From IMG/VR virus record IMGVR_UViG_3300013130_002194, positions 4,472 through 68,471 of that record: 64,000 nucleotides of DNA. One strand, written 5' to 3'. A model generated the notes under the pieces. The model had not been told where the DNA came from. It saw only the letters and a list, made by a program, of their open reading frames with translations, and searched no databases. Source of the DNA: a virus. The position numbers were made by a program, and so were the translations under genes. Positions 28,057 through 37,658 of this stretch are shown here, one piece after another (position 1 is the stretch's first letter; each line of letters starts with the position of its first letter).

Positions 28057-28593
28057 ATGTCAGGAGCATTCGAAAATAAAATTTTAACTGTTAGTCAGTC
28101 AAAGCAAGCCGGTCTTATTGCCCCAGCAAAAATCGCTGCTAGTAAACCCGATACAGGTGTTACTATTGTCAAGAAGTCGGCTTATTTTGTTATTAGAGAC
28201 TGTGCAAAGATAACTGAAAAATATCTTGTGCACCACATTTGGGGTGAGATTAAAAATCCAATTGATAGGCTAGAAGGGATTTTTACAAGAGCTGAGATAG
28301 AAGACTTTTTGTCAAGAGCCAAAAGAGATACAGAAACACAGCAATTGTGTTCTATTATTCTAGAAGATATTCACAAGAAAAATAAGCTAGAGACTACTGG
28401 TATTGTTTCACCTGTAGTTGATGCTCCAGTTGTTAAATTCGATTTTACTGAATTTGAAAGTGACAAAATTTATGGAGATTATGATACAAGTACACCACAA
28501 GCAGATGTAGTAGATATTCCAACTGGTGTTCTACCTGAAAAAGAAAAGTCTACTTTTGAATTGTTTCTGGAAGCCTTCAAACCCAAATCATAA
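28057..28593 (+). CDS. Hypothetical late protein
   Basis: 178 aa ORF with TAAATA upstream. Confidence 0.6.
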   Translation: MSGAFENKILTVSQSKQAGLIAPAKIAASKPDTGVTIVKKSAYFVIRDCAKITEKYLVHHIWGEIKNPIDRLEGIFTRAEIEDFLSRAKRDTETQQLCSIILEDIHKKNKLETTGIVSPVVDAPVVKFDFTEFESDKIYGDYDTSTPQADVVDIPTGVLPEKEKSTFELFLEAFKPKS

Positions 28594-28601
28594 ATAAAGT
28601 T

Positions 28602-29708
28602 ATGAGTGATGATACATCTTTCGATATGGAGTTGCCAGATATTCCTATGCCTGGTCAAGAAATTAATACCGACATTGAAGACAAGATTCAAGTTGGTTTT
28701 AAGTTTAGCTTTGTAGGAGCTGGTCAAGGTGGTTCAAGAATTGCTGAGACCTTTCACAAGCTTGGTTACAAGAGAACTTGTGTAATTAATACTGCCCAGC
28801 AAGACTTGGCCACAATTGAAGTCCCAAACAAGCTCAAGATTGGTAGTGACTCTGGAGCAGGCAAGAATAGAGAAGTTGCTAAGCAGGCTTTAATTGAACA
28901 GAGAGAAGATGTTCTTGATTTATTCAGAAAGTCTTTCGCTAGTAACTTTGATCGTATTTTTGTTTGCGCTGGTGCTGGTGGTGGTACTGGTTCTGGTACA
29001 ACAACCGAGCTAATTAAGATTGCCAAGGACTATCAAGATTCAATTAAATCTACTTCTGACAAGGTAGGAGTATTTTTAGCCTTGCCAAAGAACACAGAAG
29101 GTAAGAAGTGTGCTGAGAATGCTCTTAAGACTTTAACTGAGATTCTTGAGCTTGTAGACCAAGGAATTGTTTCTCCATTGGTAATTATTGATAATGAGAA
29201 GATTAATACAATCTATCCAAGATTGAGTATTAACCAGTTTTGGAATACTTCTAACAACAGCATCTGCTCTCTATTCAATTTATTTAATAATATTATTACA
29301 AAGAATAGTAGCTATACTTCTTTTGATAATAAGGATTACAAGACAGTGCTTGATAGTGGCATTATTGTATTTGGAGCAACCCAGGTTACTCAATGGTCTG
29401 ATGGAACTGAGATTTCTAAGGCTATGAGAGATAATCTCAAGAAGAATATCTTGTCTGGTGGCATTGATCTTGGTACTGGTAACATCGCTGCTGCGGTAGT
29501 TGTTGGGGATTCAAACGCTCTCGACAATATCCCGCAAGAATATCTTGACCAGGCTTTTGAGCAACTAACTAGAACCTTGAAGAATAACTCAACAGTTCAT
29601 CAAGGCATTTACAAAGGTAACAAGGCTGGCTTGAGTATCTTTACTGCAATTGGTGGTTTGGGTAAGCCAACTGCTAAGCTAGAAGAACTTAAGAAGCTTT
29701 CTACTTAG
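28602..29708 (+). CDS. Tubulin/FtsZ-family GTPase
   Basis: VGAGQGGSRIA (T1), INTA..DL, GAGK, GAGGGTGSG signature, IDNE, FD.KD (T7-like). Confidence 0.88.
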   Translation: MSDDTSFDMELPDIPMPGQEINTDIEDKIQVGFKFSFVGAGQGGSRIAETFHKLGYKRTCVINTAQQDLATIEVPNKLKIGSDSGAGKNREVAKQALIEQREDVLDLFRKSFASNFDRIFVCAGAGGGTGSGTTTELIKIAKDYQDSIKSTSDKVGVFLALPKNTEGKKCAENALKTLTEILELVDQGIVSPLVIIDNEKINTIYPRLSINQFWNTSNNSICSLFNLFNNIITKNSSYTSFDNKDYKTVLDSGIIVFGATQVTQWSDGTEISKAMRDNLKKNILSGGIDLGTGNIAAAVVVGDSNALDNIPQEYLDQAFEQLTRTLKNNSTVHQGIYKGNKAGLSIFTAIGGLGKPTAKLEELKKLST

Positions 29709-30327
29709 CCTTGTTGAGGATGTCAAACAAGGCTTTAGCATCCTCTTCACTTGTATTTGGTGGTAAAGAAGATTTAAAAGCCTTATAATCTCCAGCTTTA
29801 GCAAGGGCTCTTACTTTAGAGCCCTTTACTGTTGATACATCAGTAGGGTCAATATCCCCTTTCATTGCTCTTTCTCCACCTAAAGCAACTACATGTACCT
29901 TAGTACCATCTCTCATTGGAGTCTTAAATGTTTCTTCGTTATCAGCCTTACGATCACTACCACTAATAATTCCAACAATTGGATATTTTAAGACGTTATG
30001 CAAGTAGCCTGCAGCATGCTGAGGTGTAGTTATTTTATCATTTTCAACTACGTTAATATCTGCATAAGTTGGATTATTTTTAAAGGCTGATAATCTCGCT
30101 TTGTATGGAACTGGGTTCTTATCTCCCTTTTCACTTGGTGATAAGAATACGTAAAAGTCAGCATTATTTTTATCTGCAAATTCTTTAGCTAGCTTAATTA
30201 AGTAATCATGCCCAGCAGTAGGGGGATGCATTCTTCCAAAAATAAAATATACAGCATCTTTCTTTTGTTTATTAGCCAAATCAGCATGAGTTATTACTGC
30301 TTCTACTATCTCGCTAAATTTTTTCAT
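29701..30327 (-). CDS. Cytidylyltransferase-like HxGH nucleotidyltransferase
   Basis: FGRMHPPTAGH, KNP, GSDR, SKVR..A. Confidence 0.8.
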   Translation of the reverse strand: MKKFSEIVEAVITHADLANKQKKDAVYFIFGRMHPPTAGHDYLIKLAKEFADKNNADFYVFLSPSEKGDKNPVPYKARLSAFKNNPTYADINVVENDKITTPQHAAGYLHNVLKYPIVGIISGSDRKADNEETFKTPMRDGTKVHVVALGGERAMKGDIDPTDVSTVKGSKVRALAKAGDYKAFKSSLPPNTSEEDAKALFDILNKAK

Positions 30328-30779
30328 TATTCGTCTCTTGTTTCATCTGTATCAGTTTCGCTAGGTATTTCTAACAACCCAGCATCATCGATAATCTTTT
30401 TGAGTACACCTAGTATCTCTTCTGCATTTTTAGCAGTTACTTTCTTTGTAAGCAAATTAGTTTGGAAGCCACTCATATCAACTGTATTAGGATCAAGCCA
30501 AAAGGCCTTCTTAATGAGATTGATTAGATAAATAACACCTTCTGGGGTTGGTGTCTTATCTTCTTCATCTTCAACTTCATCGTCTATTGGTGTAGTAGCA
30601 TCTCGTGGCATTGGCATTTCCCCAGTAGTTAAGGATTGTGGTCCTTCTGGAGCATCTCCGATTTGTGGAGAAGATGGAATAGGTGTACCACCACCACTTC
30701 CCATGCCTCCTTGCTCGTTAATTTGTAAGAGGAATTTTACTACTGTGGCATCAAAAGATGAAATATTAGGCTTGGGCAT
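30327..30779 (-). CDS. Hypothetical acidic late protein
   Basis: 150 aa, translationally coupled. Confidence 0.6.
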   Translation of the reverse strand: MPKPNISSFDATVVKFLLQINEQGGMGSGGGTPIPSSPQIGDAPEGPQSLTTGEMPMPRDATTPIDDEVEDEEDKTPTPEGVIYLINLIKKAFWLDPNTVDMSGFQTNLLTKKVTAKNAEEILGVLKKIIDDAGLLEIPSETDTDETRDE

Positions 30780-31227
30780 AGCTTACTCTTGGTCTATTTG
30801 GGTTGTTTAAAGTTTCAACATTGTCACTAACTACAGTCTTTGCTAAATTAGTTTCTTCGTCTTCCTCTGGTTTTAATGGACTTAAATTACCAGTCTTCTT
30901 TATTTGATTTAAATCTTTAATTTTAGCAACAATTTCTTGCTCTGATTGTGTTAGAGGCTTGCCAACAGCTAGCTTGTTAATTGTTGTTCTGATATCACCT
31001 TCATTGTCTTGTAATTGCAATTTAGCAATGGCTCTAGGTGTACCAGCTCTAATTTTAGTCTTATCAATATCTTGCTCCATGTCACCAGTATCCATTGTAC
31101 CAGGCATTGGTCTGATGGGGCTTGTGTTAGGATTTATAGCGGTATTTCCAGACTGGCCAAATGTGCCAGTAGAAGCATACTCAAGAAGACCGTAGTATTT
31201 GTTGAGAGTTTGCTCAAATTTACTCAT
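30766..31227 (-). CDS. Hypothetical late protein
   Basis: TAAATA then ATG 31227 (MSKFEQTL...LLE). Confidence 0.6.
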   Translation of the reverse strand: MSKFEQTLNKYYGLLEYASTGTFGQSGNTAINPNTSPIRPMPGTMDTGDMEQDIDKTKIRAGTPRAIAKLQLQDNEGDIRTTINKLAVGKPLTQSEQEIVAKIKDLNQIKKTGNLSPLKPEEDEETNLAKTVVSDNVETLNNPNRPRVSYAQA

Positions 31228-31231
31228 ACTA

Positions 31232-31765
31232 TTATTTATACAAACCATGCTTTACTTTCAGATCGTTAAAGTATTCTTCTGATAAAAACGTTAATCTATA
31301 ATTTTTAGCAAAGGTTTTTATACCTCTAAATGAAAAGTCTTTTTTATTCTTTTTTTCTATCTGAATCTTTAGCTTTTCTTTTAATTCCTGCATTTCTCCT
31401 GAAGTAAACTTATCATCAATGCACTGAAATGGTATTTTGTCATTATAAAACACTAATGGCAAAGTTTTATTGAGCTTGTTTGTAAGCTGTACAATTTCAT
31501 CATCTTCTACATGTTCTTGTGGGTTATAATAAAACACAAACGAAAAAAATGTTTTTTCTTTATTGTATATTTCACAAACTGTCTTAATAAAGTTATGGTA
31601 AAAAAACTGTTTATGATGCTCGTAGTTTATCGAAAATAGTTGACCGTAAAACGTAACAACATCACTTACTGTTGCTGGAATAATTTTATCTTCCAATAAG
31701 AACCTTAAATCAATCAACGAAATTGTATTAAGATTAAGCTTCTTTATATATTTTTTCTTATCCAC
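31232..31765 (-). CDS. Hypothetical protein
   Basis: GTG start 6 nt after TTGAAT-N16-TACAAT. Confidence 0.6.
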   Translation of the reverse strand: MDKKKYIKKLNLNTISLIDLRFLLEDKIIPATVSDVVTFYGQLFSINYEHHKQFFYHNFIKTVCEIYNKEKTFFSFVFYYNPQEHVEDDEIVQLTNKLNKTLPLVFYNDKIPFQCIDDKFTSGEMQELKEKLKIQIEKKNKKDFSFRGIKTFAKNYRLTFLSEEYFNDLKVKHGLYK

Positions 31766-31791
31766 AAGGAGATTGTAACAGGGATTTATCC

Positions 31792-32193
31792 TTATTCAAC
31801 TGTTTTCTTAAGAAACTTTTTCAGTCTAATATTTATAATTCCATTGTAACAATTTGGATCAAATAAAACTCTGCTTTCCATTTGAAGTCTTGCTTCTTCA
31901 TACGCACAGTCCCATTTAGACTTAGCCATAAAAAGTATTTCTCTCTTAAAGTTTTTTTTGCCGAATTTTTGAACGTCTTTTAAAAGCTCTTCTGAAGAAC
32001 CCCAATACTCTTTCCAATCTGAAGATTGCTTTTCATGCCGCTTATTCTTCTTGCCTTTGAGTGGTGGTCGCTTTAAAATCTTCCAGAAGAATTTTTTACC
32101 TATGTAATACTTTCCAGATGGTACATGAGTAATTTTGTATACAAAACCAACATAGTCATCTAAATTAACGTTTTCTGGTAGAACCCATTCCAT
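31792..32193 (-). CDS. GIY-YIG (Seg-like) nuclease-family protein
   Basis: GFVYKIT....KYYIGKK, SDWKEYWGSS, F.REIL, YEE...Q, YNG.I. Confidence 0.8.
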   Translation of the reverse strand: MEWVLPENVNLDDYVGFVYKITHVPSGKYYIGKKFFWKILKRPPLKGKKNKRHEKQSSDWKEYWGSSEELLKDVQKFGKKNFKREILFMAKSKWDCAYEEARLQMESRVLFDPNCYNGIINIRLKKFLKKTVE

Positions 32194-32413
32194 ATTTTTT
32201 CTTTCGCTTATTTAATGGTTTGGGTTTCTTATTCAATCTAGTAGAGCCTTTTGGAAATGGTTGACGAGCGTCATTACTTGCATACCAATCTGTTGTCTGG
32301 ATAGCATTCCCGTAACTTCCCATGCCACCCGGAGCATATGCATTACCGAACGAGGAATTAACACCTCCAGCAAGGTTCATCTCTGAAAAGAATCTATTGG
32401 CGTATGAAAGCAT
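32165..32413 (-). CDS. Small hypothetical late protein
   Basis: TAAATA then ATG 32413; DWYASNDAR motif. Confidence 0.5.
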   Translation of the reverse strand: MLSYANRFFSEMNLAGGVNSSFGNAYAPGGMGSYGNAIQTTDWYASNDARQPFPKGSTRLNKKPKPLNKRKKKYGMGSTRKR

Positions 32414-32459
32414 ATAACTATTTATTTGCTTTTTGTTTTTTATCATATATAATTCCTTT

Positions 32460-32873
32460 ATGAGTATGGTGGCAGACGAAAAGGTACTTGAACAATATAG
32501 CAAAGAGCTTACAGACTTCTGTGTTATAAACGAGTTTACCGTTAAAGAAAAACAGTTACAGCTACCAGCATTTAAGCATTTGTTTGTAGGTAGACTTATC
32601 AGACATAAAATCTATGCTAACAAGTTAAAGACTCAAAAAGAGAAACTGCGTGCTGAATTAGCACATGCTGCTGCAAAAGCCTCACCAGTTAGTTTAGACT
32701 TTTCAAAAGTAGAAAAAGCAATGGATAGCAATGAAAAGATTGTGGACTTAAACAATCAAATATATTATAATACGCTTATAATTGAATATCTCGAAAAAGT
32801 AGAGAAAGTTCTATTGTCAATAACTTATGATATAAAGAACATCGTCGAGATAATGAAACTAGAAACTACATGA
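32460..32873 (+). CDS. uvsY: Recombination mediator UvsY-like
   Basis: Coiled coil ending YLEKV.......YDIKNIVE..KLE, upstream of uvsW; TTGCTT-N16-TATAAT 6 nt before ATG. Confidence 0.7.
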   Translation: MSMVADEKVLEQYSKELTDFCVINEFTVKEKQLQLPAFKHLFVGRLIRHKIYANKLKTQKEKLRAELAHAAAKASPVSLDFSKVEKAMDSNEKIVDLNNQIYYNTLIIEYLEKVEKVLLSITYDIKNIVEIMKLETT

Positions 32874-34312
32874 CGACCTTAACAATTGATGTTGATAACA
32901 GACGCAATACTGCCTCTTTAAGCGGAGACTTTAAAGCAGTAAGAGAACACTTCTCTGTAAAGAATAAGTCTGCTGTTTTTGCTCGCAAAAGAGGTTTCTT
33001 TGCGCCAGAGAGAACATATGTTATTACACCTACAGGGAGAATAGAACCTCATTTTTATACTGTTCTGCAAAAGTACGCCCAAACTAGTGAAGATACGACT
33101 GAAATAGTTTTAACAGAGAGCTTTAAAAAGCTATTCTCACCCAAGCTAAAGTTAGAATGTCTTGATAAGAAATTGCGTCTTGATTTGCGTGATTATCAAA
33201 TTGAGGTTGTTCATGCAGCTTTAAAATTTGGTTTTGGTATTATTGAGCTCGCTACTGCTGGTGGCAAGACTCTTATTATGTCTTCTATCTTAGAAAACAT
33301 CTATCACCAAAATAAAAACTTTAAATGCCTGCTCATTGTTCCAGATTTAGGTCTAGTCAATCAATCATTTAACGATTTTAAAGACTATAATGTTAGCTTT
33401 ACCTACAGCACCTGGACAGGTAATTCAGAGCTTGATTTAAGTACCAATGTAATTATAGCTAACATGGGTATATTACAATCTGAGAATTCTGATACTGAGT
33501 GGACAGAAAATGTTGATCTTCTCATTGTTGATGAGGTTCACAAAGTTAGACGCGGTAACAAGATCAATGATATAATTAAAAAGATCTATACTATTCATAA
33601 GTTTGGCTTTACTGGAACTTTGCCTGAAGAAGTATTAGATCAATGGAACATTTTTGCCAAGTTTGGTGATAGAATCTACTCTAAGATGTCTCACGAACTT
33701 AAGGCTGAAAGCTATGTTACTCCAGCCAAGGTAACCGCTCTCGTTCTTAATTATAAAACTGACCCTCAATTTGAAAGAACTAAAGACAGTACACCAGCTG
33801 ATGAGTATATTGCCGAGCTGAAGTTCTTGCTAACAAACGACTTTCGCAATGGTATTATTAATCACCTAGTTAACAAGTTTGATAATAACTCTCTTGTTCT
33901 TGTAGACTTAATTGATCATGGTCAAGCTATATATGATAAAATTACAACAAGCTCTACAACCAAAGAGGTCTATTTCATTAGAGGCGAAGTAGAAGTAGAA
34001 GAACGTAAGAGGGTTCAGACATTAATAGAGCAGCAAACTAATATTTGTGTTATTGCTATCTCTAAAATATTTTCTACGGGTATTAATATCAAAAATCTTC
34101 ACTATTTAATCTTTGCTGGTGGTGGAAAAGCAAAAGTAAAGATAGTACAATCAATAGGTCGTGGGTTACGATTACACGAAGATAAGAAAGAGCTTATCAT
34201 TATTGATATTGCTGACAACCTAAAGTATGGTATGCAGCATTATCAAAAAAGAAAGCAGCTTTACAATCAAGAAAAAATACCACACTCCTTTACTAACTGC
34301 CATGAAAAATAA
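32870..34312 (+). CDS. uvsW: DNA helicase UvsW
   Basis: LRDYQ, ATAGGKTL, VDEVH, GFTGT, FSTGINIKNLH, QSIGRGLR. Confidence 0.92.
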   Translation: MTTLTIDVDNRRNTASLSGDFKAVREHFSVKNKSAVFARKRGFFAPERTYVITPTGRIEPHFYTVLQKYAQTSEDTTEIVLTESFKKLFSPKLKLECLDKKLRLDLRDYQIEVVHAALKFGFGIIELATAGGKTLIMSSILENIYHQNKNFKCLLIVPDLGLVNQSFNDFKDYNVSFTYSTWTGNSELDLSTNVIIANMGILQSENSDTEWTENVDLLIVDEVHKVRRGNKINDIIKKIYTIHKFGFTGTLPEEVLDQWNIFAKFGDRIYSKMSHELKAESYVTPAKVTALVLNYKTDPQFERTKDSTPADEYIAELKFLLTNDFRNGIINHLVNKFDNNSLVLVDLIDHGQAIYDKITTSSTTKEVYFIRGEVEVEERKRVQTLIEQQTNICVIAISKIFSTGINIKNLHYLIFAGGGKAKVKIVQSIGRGLRLHEDKKELIIIDIADNLKYGMQHYQKRKQLYNQEKIPHSFTNCHEK

Positions 34313-34808
34313 TTTACCTAAACTCAAGAAACAAGAAACCTTTGTAATGGATCCATCCTCAAAGCCACCCAAAGAACAATTTTATGTAGATCCTAAAGAG
34401 TTCTATAGGCAAATTAAAGATTATTACAAGAAAGGAGAAGTAAACGACTATTTGGCTGAATCAATTTATAAAATCGCAAAAGGTCTTTCTTATGCTCCTA
34501 ATTTTATTAATTATTCTTACCGAGATGATATGGTTGGAGATGCTGTCGTAAAGATGTATACAGCCTTAAAGAATAAGAAGTTTAACGTAAAGACCAAGGA
34601 TAAGAACGGGTACAATTATAACCCATTTAGTTACTTTACAACCATTGCATTTCATGCATTTATCACTAGAATTAAAAAAGAAAAGAAAGAGAAAGACACT
34701 ATAGCCCTTTACCAAGAAGCACAGTTTAGAGAGGTTATGCAATCGCTACCTAATGGTGATTGTGTCTATATCGATCCTGATAGGGAAGATAATTATAACC
34801 AAGCTTAG
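34302..34808 (+). CDS. gp55: Late transcription sigma factor
   Basis: YVD.KEF, IAKGLS..PNFINYSYRDDM, NPFSYFT.IAF.AF..RIKKEKK. Confidence 0.92.
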   Translation: MKNNLPKLKKQETFVMDPSSKPPKEQFYVDPKEFYRQIKDYYKKGEVNDYLAESIYKIAKGLSYAPNFINYSYRDDMVGDAVVKMYTALKNKKFNVKTKDKNGYNYNPFSYFTTIAFHAFITRIKKEKKEKDTIALYQEAQFREVMQSLPNGDCVYIDPDREDNYNQA

Positions 34809-34809
34809 T

Positions 34810-35841
34810 ATGACTTTGAAAAATTCTAAAGTATGTTGTTTTAGTGATTTACACCTTGGTGTCCATCAGAATTCTTCGCAATGGCACAATATTGCTATCG
34901 AGTTTGGTAAATGGTTGAAGAAGAGTCTAAAAGAACGAGACATTAAAGACATTATTTTTTGTGGGGATCTCTTGCATTATAGAGATGAGATCGCAGTAAA
35001 CACCATACAGGCTACTTCGGATTTTTTAAACCTTCTCAAAGAGTTCAACATAATTATGATTCCAGGCAATCATGATTGTTACTTTAAAAATAACTCTTCA
35101 GTGCATTCTTTGTCTATTTTAAAAGGACATAAAAATATTACAGTGCTTGATAAGCCTACTACTGAAATTTTCTTTGGTAAAAAGCTTACATTTGCTCCTT
35201 GGGGTACAGATATGACCGAAATGATCGCTAGCGATATTATTTTTGGTCATTTTGAAATAGCTACCTTTAAACTCAACGAAATTAAAATTTGTGAGCACGG
35301 TATGACTAGCGAGAACTTGCTATCAAAAGCTCCTTTGGTTATCTCTGGCCACTTCCATACCCGTCAAGAAAGAGAGTATAGCACTGGAAAGATTGTTTAT
35401 CTTGGCTCTCCATATCATATGGATTTTGGAGATTCTGGCTCAAGAGGCTTTACTATTCTCAACATCGAGAACAATCAAATGGATTTTGTTCAAAACGATG
35501 TATCTCCTGTTCATATTAAAGTTAGCCTTTCCGAAGTAAAAAATAATAGTGTTGTTCTCAACAAAAAGTTAGTCAAGAACAACTTTATTAAGATCATAGT
35601 TGATACCAATTATGAACCAGAAGAGGTTGAAGAATTAATTAAAACCGTTAATACAGCTAGCCCTAACAATTTAACAATTGATTACAAGTACAATACAGCT
35701 GTTCAAAAAATAGTGAGTGATGTTGACTTCGCAAGTGTCGATGTTGCAGACGCAATAAAAGAGTTCATTAATAAGCTGGATATTGAGAATAAAAAGAATA
35801 TAATTGATTACACTTTGGAACTTTACCAGAAAAGTAAATGA
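34810..35841 (+). CDS. gp47: Recombination endonuclease subunit (Mre11/SbcD-like)
   Basis: SDLHLG, GD, GNHD, GHFE, SGHFH, YLGSP. Confidence 0.92.
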   Translation: MTLKNSKVCCFSDLHLGVHQNSSQWHNIAIEFGKWLKKSLKERDIKDIIFCGDLLHYRDEIAVNTIQATSDFLNLLKEFNIIMIPGNHDCYFKNNSSVHSLSILKGHKNITVLDKPTTEIFFGKKLTFAPWGTDMTEMIASDIIFGHFEIATFKLNEIKICEHGMTSENLLSKAPLVISGHFHTRQEREYSTGKIVYLGSPYHMDFGDSGSRGFTILNIENNQMDFVQNDVSPVHIKVSLSEVKNNSVVLNKKLVKNNFIKIIVDTNYEPEEVEELIKTVNTASPNNLTIDYKYNTAVQKIVSDVDFASVDVADAIKEFINKLDIENKKNIIDYTLELYQKSK

Positions 35842-37643
35842 AGCACGTCAATTTTAAAAATCTCACCATTAAGAACTTTTTGTCTGTAGGTGAGAAACCT
35901 GTTGAGCTTACTTTTAAGCCAGGTCTCAACATTATTACTGGCACTAATAAAGATAAAGAAGATCGTCGCAACGGAGTCGGTAAATCGACTGTTGCTGATG
36001 CTCTTCACTTTGCTATCTTTGGAAACACTCTTCGCGAGATCAATACAAAGTATATTAAGAATAATATCACGGATGGTAAGGTCAAAGTGGCTCTCGAATT
36101 TGAGATTGTCTCTAATAACGTTACAACTGAGATATATGTTGAGCGTACTCTGAATCCGGCTAAGGTTTATCTCAAGATTAACGGTGAAGATAAGACTCGC
36201 GATAGTATTGCCAACACCAATACCTATATTGAGTCTCTTCTTTCTACTAATGCTGATATTTTTCAGAACTGTGTTACATTGACTATCAATAACACTATAC
36301 CTTTCATGGGTAAAAAGAAAGGAGAAAAGCGTAAGTTTATCGAAAGTATCTTTAATCTAGAAGTATTCTCTAGAATGTCTGATAGACTCAAGGCTGACAT
36401 TAACGAAGTTAAGAACTCTTACAATACAGAGTTTACCCGGTTAAGTACTTTGCAGTCTAATTATAATAGTCTTAACTCTCAAAGTGATTCCTTTGAAGAA
36501 GATCGCCGCAATCGACTTCAGAAATATCTTAATAGAAAGAAGAACAACAATGCTGAATTGGCTGTTATTGAAGACTATTTGAGAGAGTTTAAAGACGTCT
36601 CAATTGATCCTATTAAGGATAAGATTGTTATTGCTAATGAGAACTTAAAGAAAACAGATACTAAAATTAATGAGTTCTTTACTAAAAGATCTCAAGTTGA
36701 GACTGAAATTACTCATTTGAACCATCGTTATAAGACTATTGGTACAAAAGAGGATAAGTGTCCTGTTTGCGCAAGATCTATTCTTGATCATGATAGAGAG
36801 CATATCGATTTAGAAAAGAAAAAAACTCTTGATGAGATTAATCAAAAGAAACAGGACAAACAAAAAATCGAAGCAGATAACCAAAAGTTTGATGCTGTAA
36901 AGGCTTTTATATGCAGTCAAATTAAAGACCTTAACCAGAAGCTTAAAGACGCAGAACTAGAGCTAGTCAAATACAAGAATAACTTAGAGCGTAAAGAACA
37001 GCTCAAAGGCTGGCTCACTACTTTGGATGATGACATTGATGTAGTATCTAAGCAAGAGAATACTTACAAGAAAATCTTGACTGAATCTAAGAGCAGCATA
37101 ACTGAAAGCGAGACTAAGATTGAGACTATTAAGAATCTTTCCAAGGTTCTCGATAACGTCAAGTTTGTTGTCTCTGAAGAAGGTGTTAAGTCTTATATTA
37201 TCAAGAAGATCTTGCAATTGTTTAACAACAAGATTGCTTATTACTTGAGCAAGCTAGACTCTAACTGTGTTCTTACCTTTGACGAATACTTCGAAGAGAA
37301 GATTATCAATGATAAGGGCATTGAGTGTAGCTATAACAATTTCTCTGGAGCTGAAAAGAAGACTATTGACTTGGCTTGTTTGTTTGCGTTTATGGATATT
37401 AGACGCCTGCAAGGGGATGTAGCATATAATGTTTGCTTGTTCGATGAACTGCTAGACTCCTCGTTTGATGAGAAAGGTGTAGAGTTGGTGCTAGACGTAC
37501 TAAAAGACCGCTCTGACCTGTATAGCGAGTGTTGCTATATTATTTCACATCGTAAGGAATCTATCAAGGCTGCTACTGGAGAGATTATTTATCTTGAGAA
37601 GTATAATGGTATTACTCAACGTATGGAATTTACTGGTCTGTAA
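35838..37643 (+). CDS. gp46: Recombination ATPase (Rad50/SbcC-like)
   Basis: KNFLSVG, NGVGKST, CPVC zinc hook, FSGAEK, FDELLDSS, ISH. Confidence 0.94.
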   Translation: MKHVNFKNLTIKNFLSVGEKPVELTFKPGLNIITGTNKDKEDRRNGVGKSTVADALHFAIFGNTLREINTKYIKNNITDGKVKVALEFEIVSNNVTTEIYVERTLNPAKVYLKINGEDKTRDSIANTNTYIESLLSTNADIFQNCVTLTINNTIPFMGKKKGEKRKFIESIFNLEVFSRMSDRLKADINEVKNSYNTEFTRLSTLQSNYNSLNSQSDSFEEDRRNRLQKYLNRKKNNNAELAVIEDYLREFKDVSIDPIKDKIVIANENLKKTDTKINEFFTKRSQVETEITHLNHRYKTIGTKEDKCPVCARSILDHDREHIDLEKKKTLDEINQKKQDKQKIEADNQKFDAVKAFICSQIKDLNQKLKDAELELVKYKNNLERKEQLKGWLTTLDDDIDVVSKQENTYKKILTESKSSITESETKIETIKNLSKVLDNVKFVVSEEGVKSYIIKKILQLFNNKIAYYLSKLDSNCVLTFDEYFEEKIINDKGIECSYNNFSGAEKKTIDLACLFAFMDIRRLQGDVAYNVCLFDELLDSSFDEKGVELVLDVLKDRSDLYSECCYIISHRKESIKAATGEIIYLEKYNGITQRMEFTGL

Positions 37644-37658
37644 CTGTAAATAAAGCAA

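Noticed and set aside
28602-29708. Evidence that this is host chromosome or a nucleus-forming phiKZ-like phage
   Set aside because: Flanking genes are T4-like phage genes; no dcw cluster, chimallin or multisubunit phage RNAP is recognisable in the window
31792-32193. Mobile homing endonuclease element
   Set aside because: Short single-domain GIY-YIG protein without a DNA-binding extension and not inside an intron; kept as an ordinary CDS
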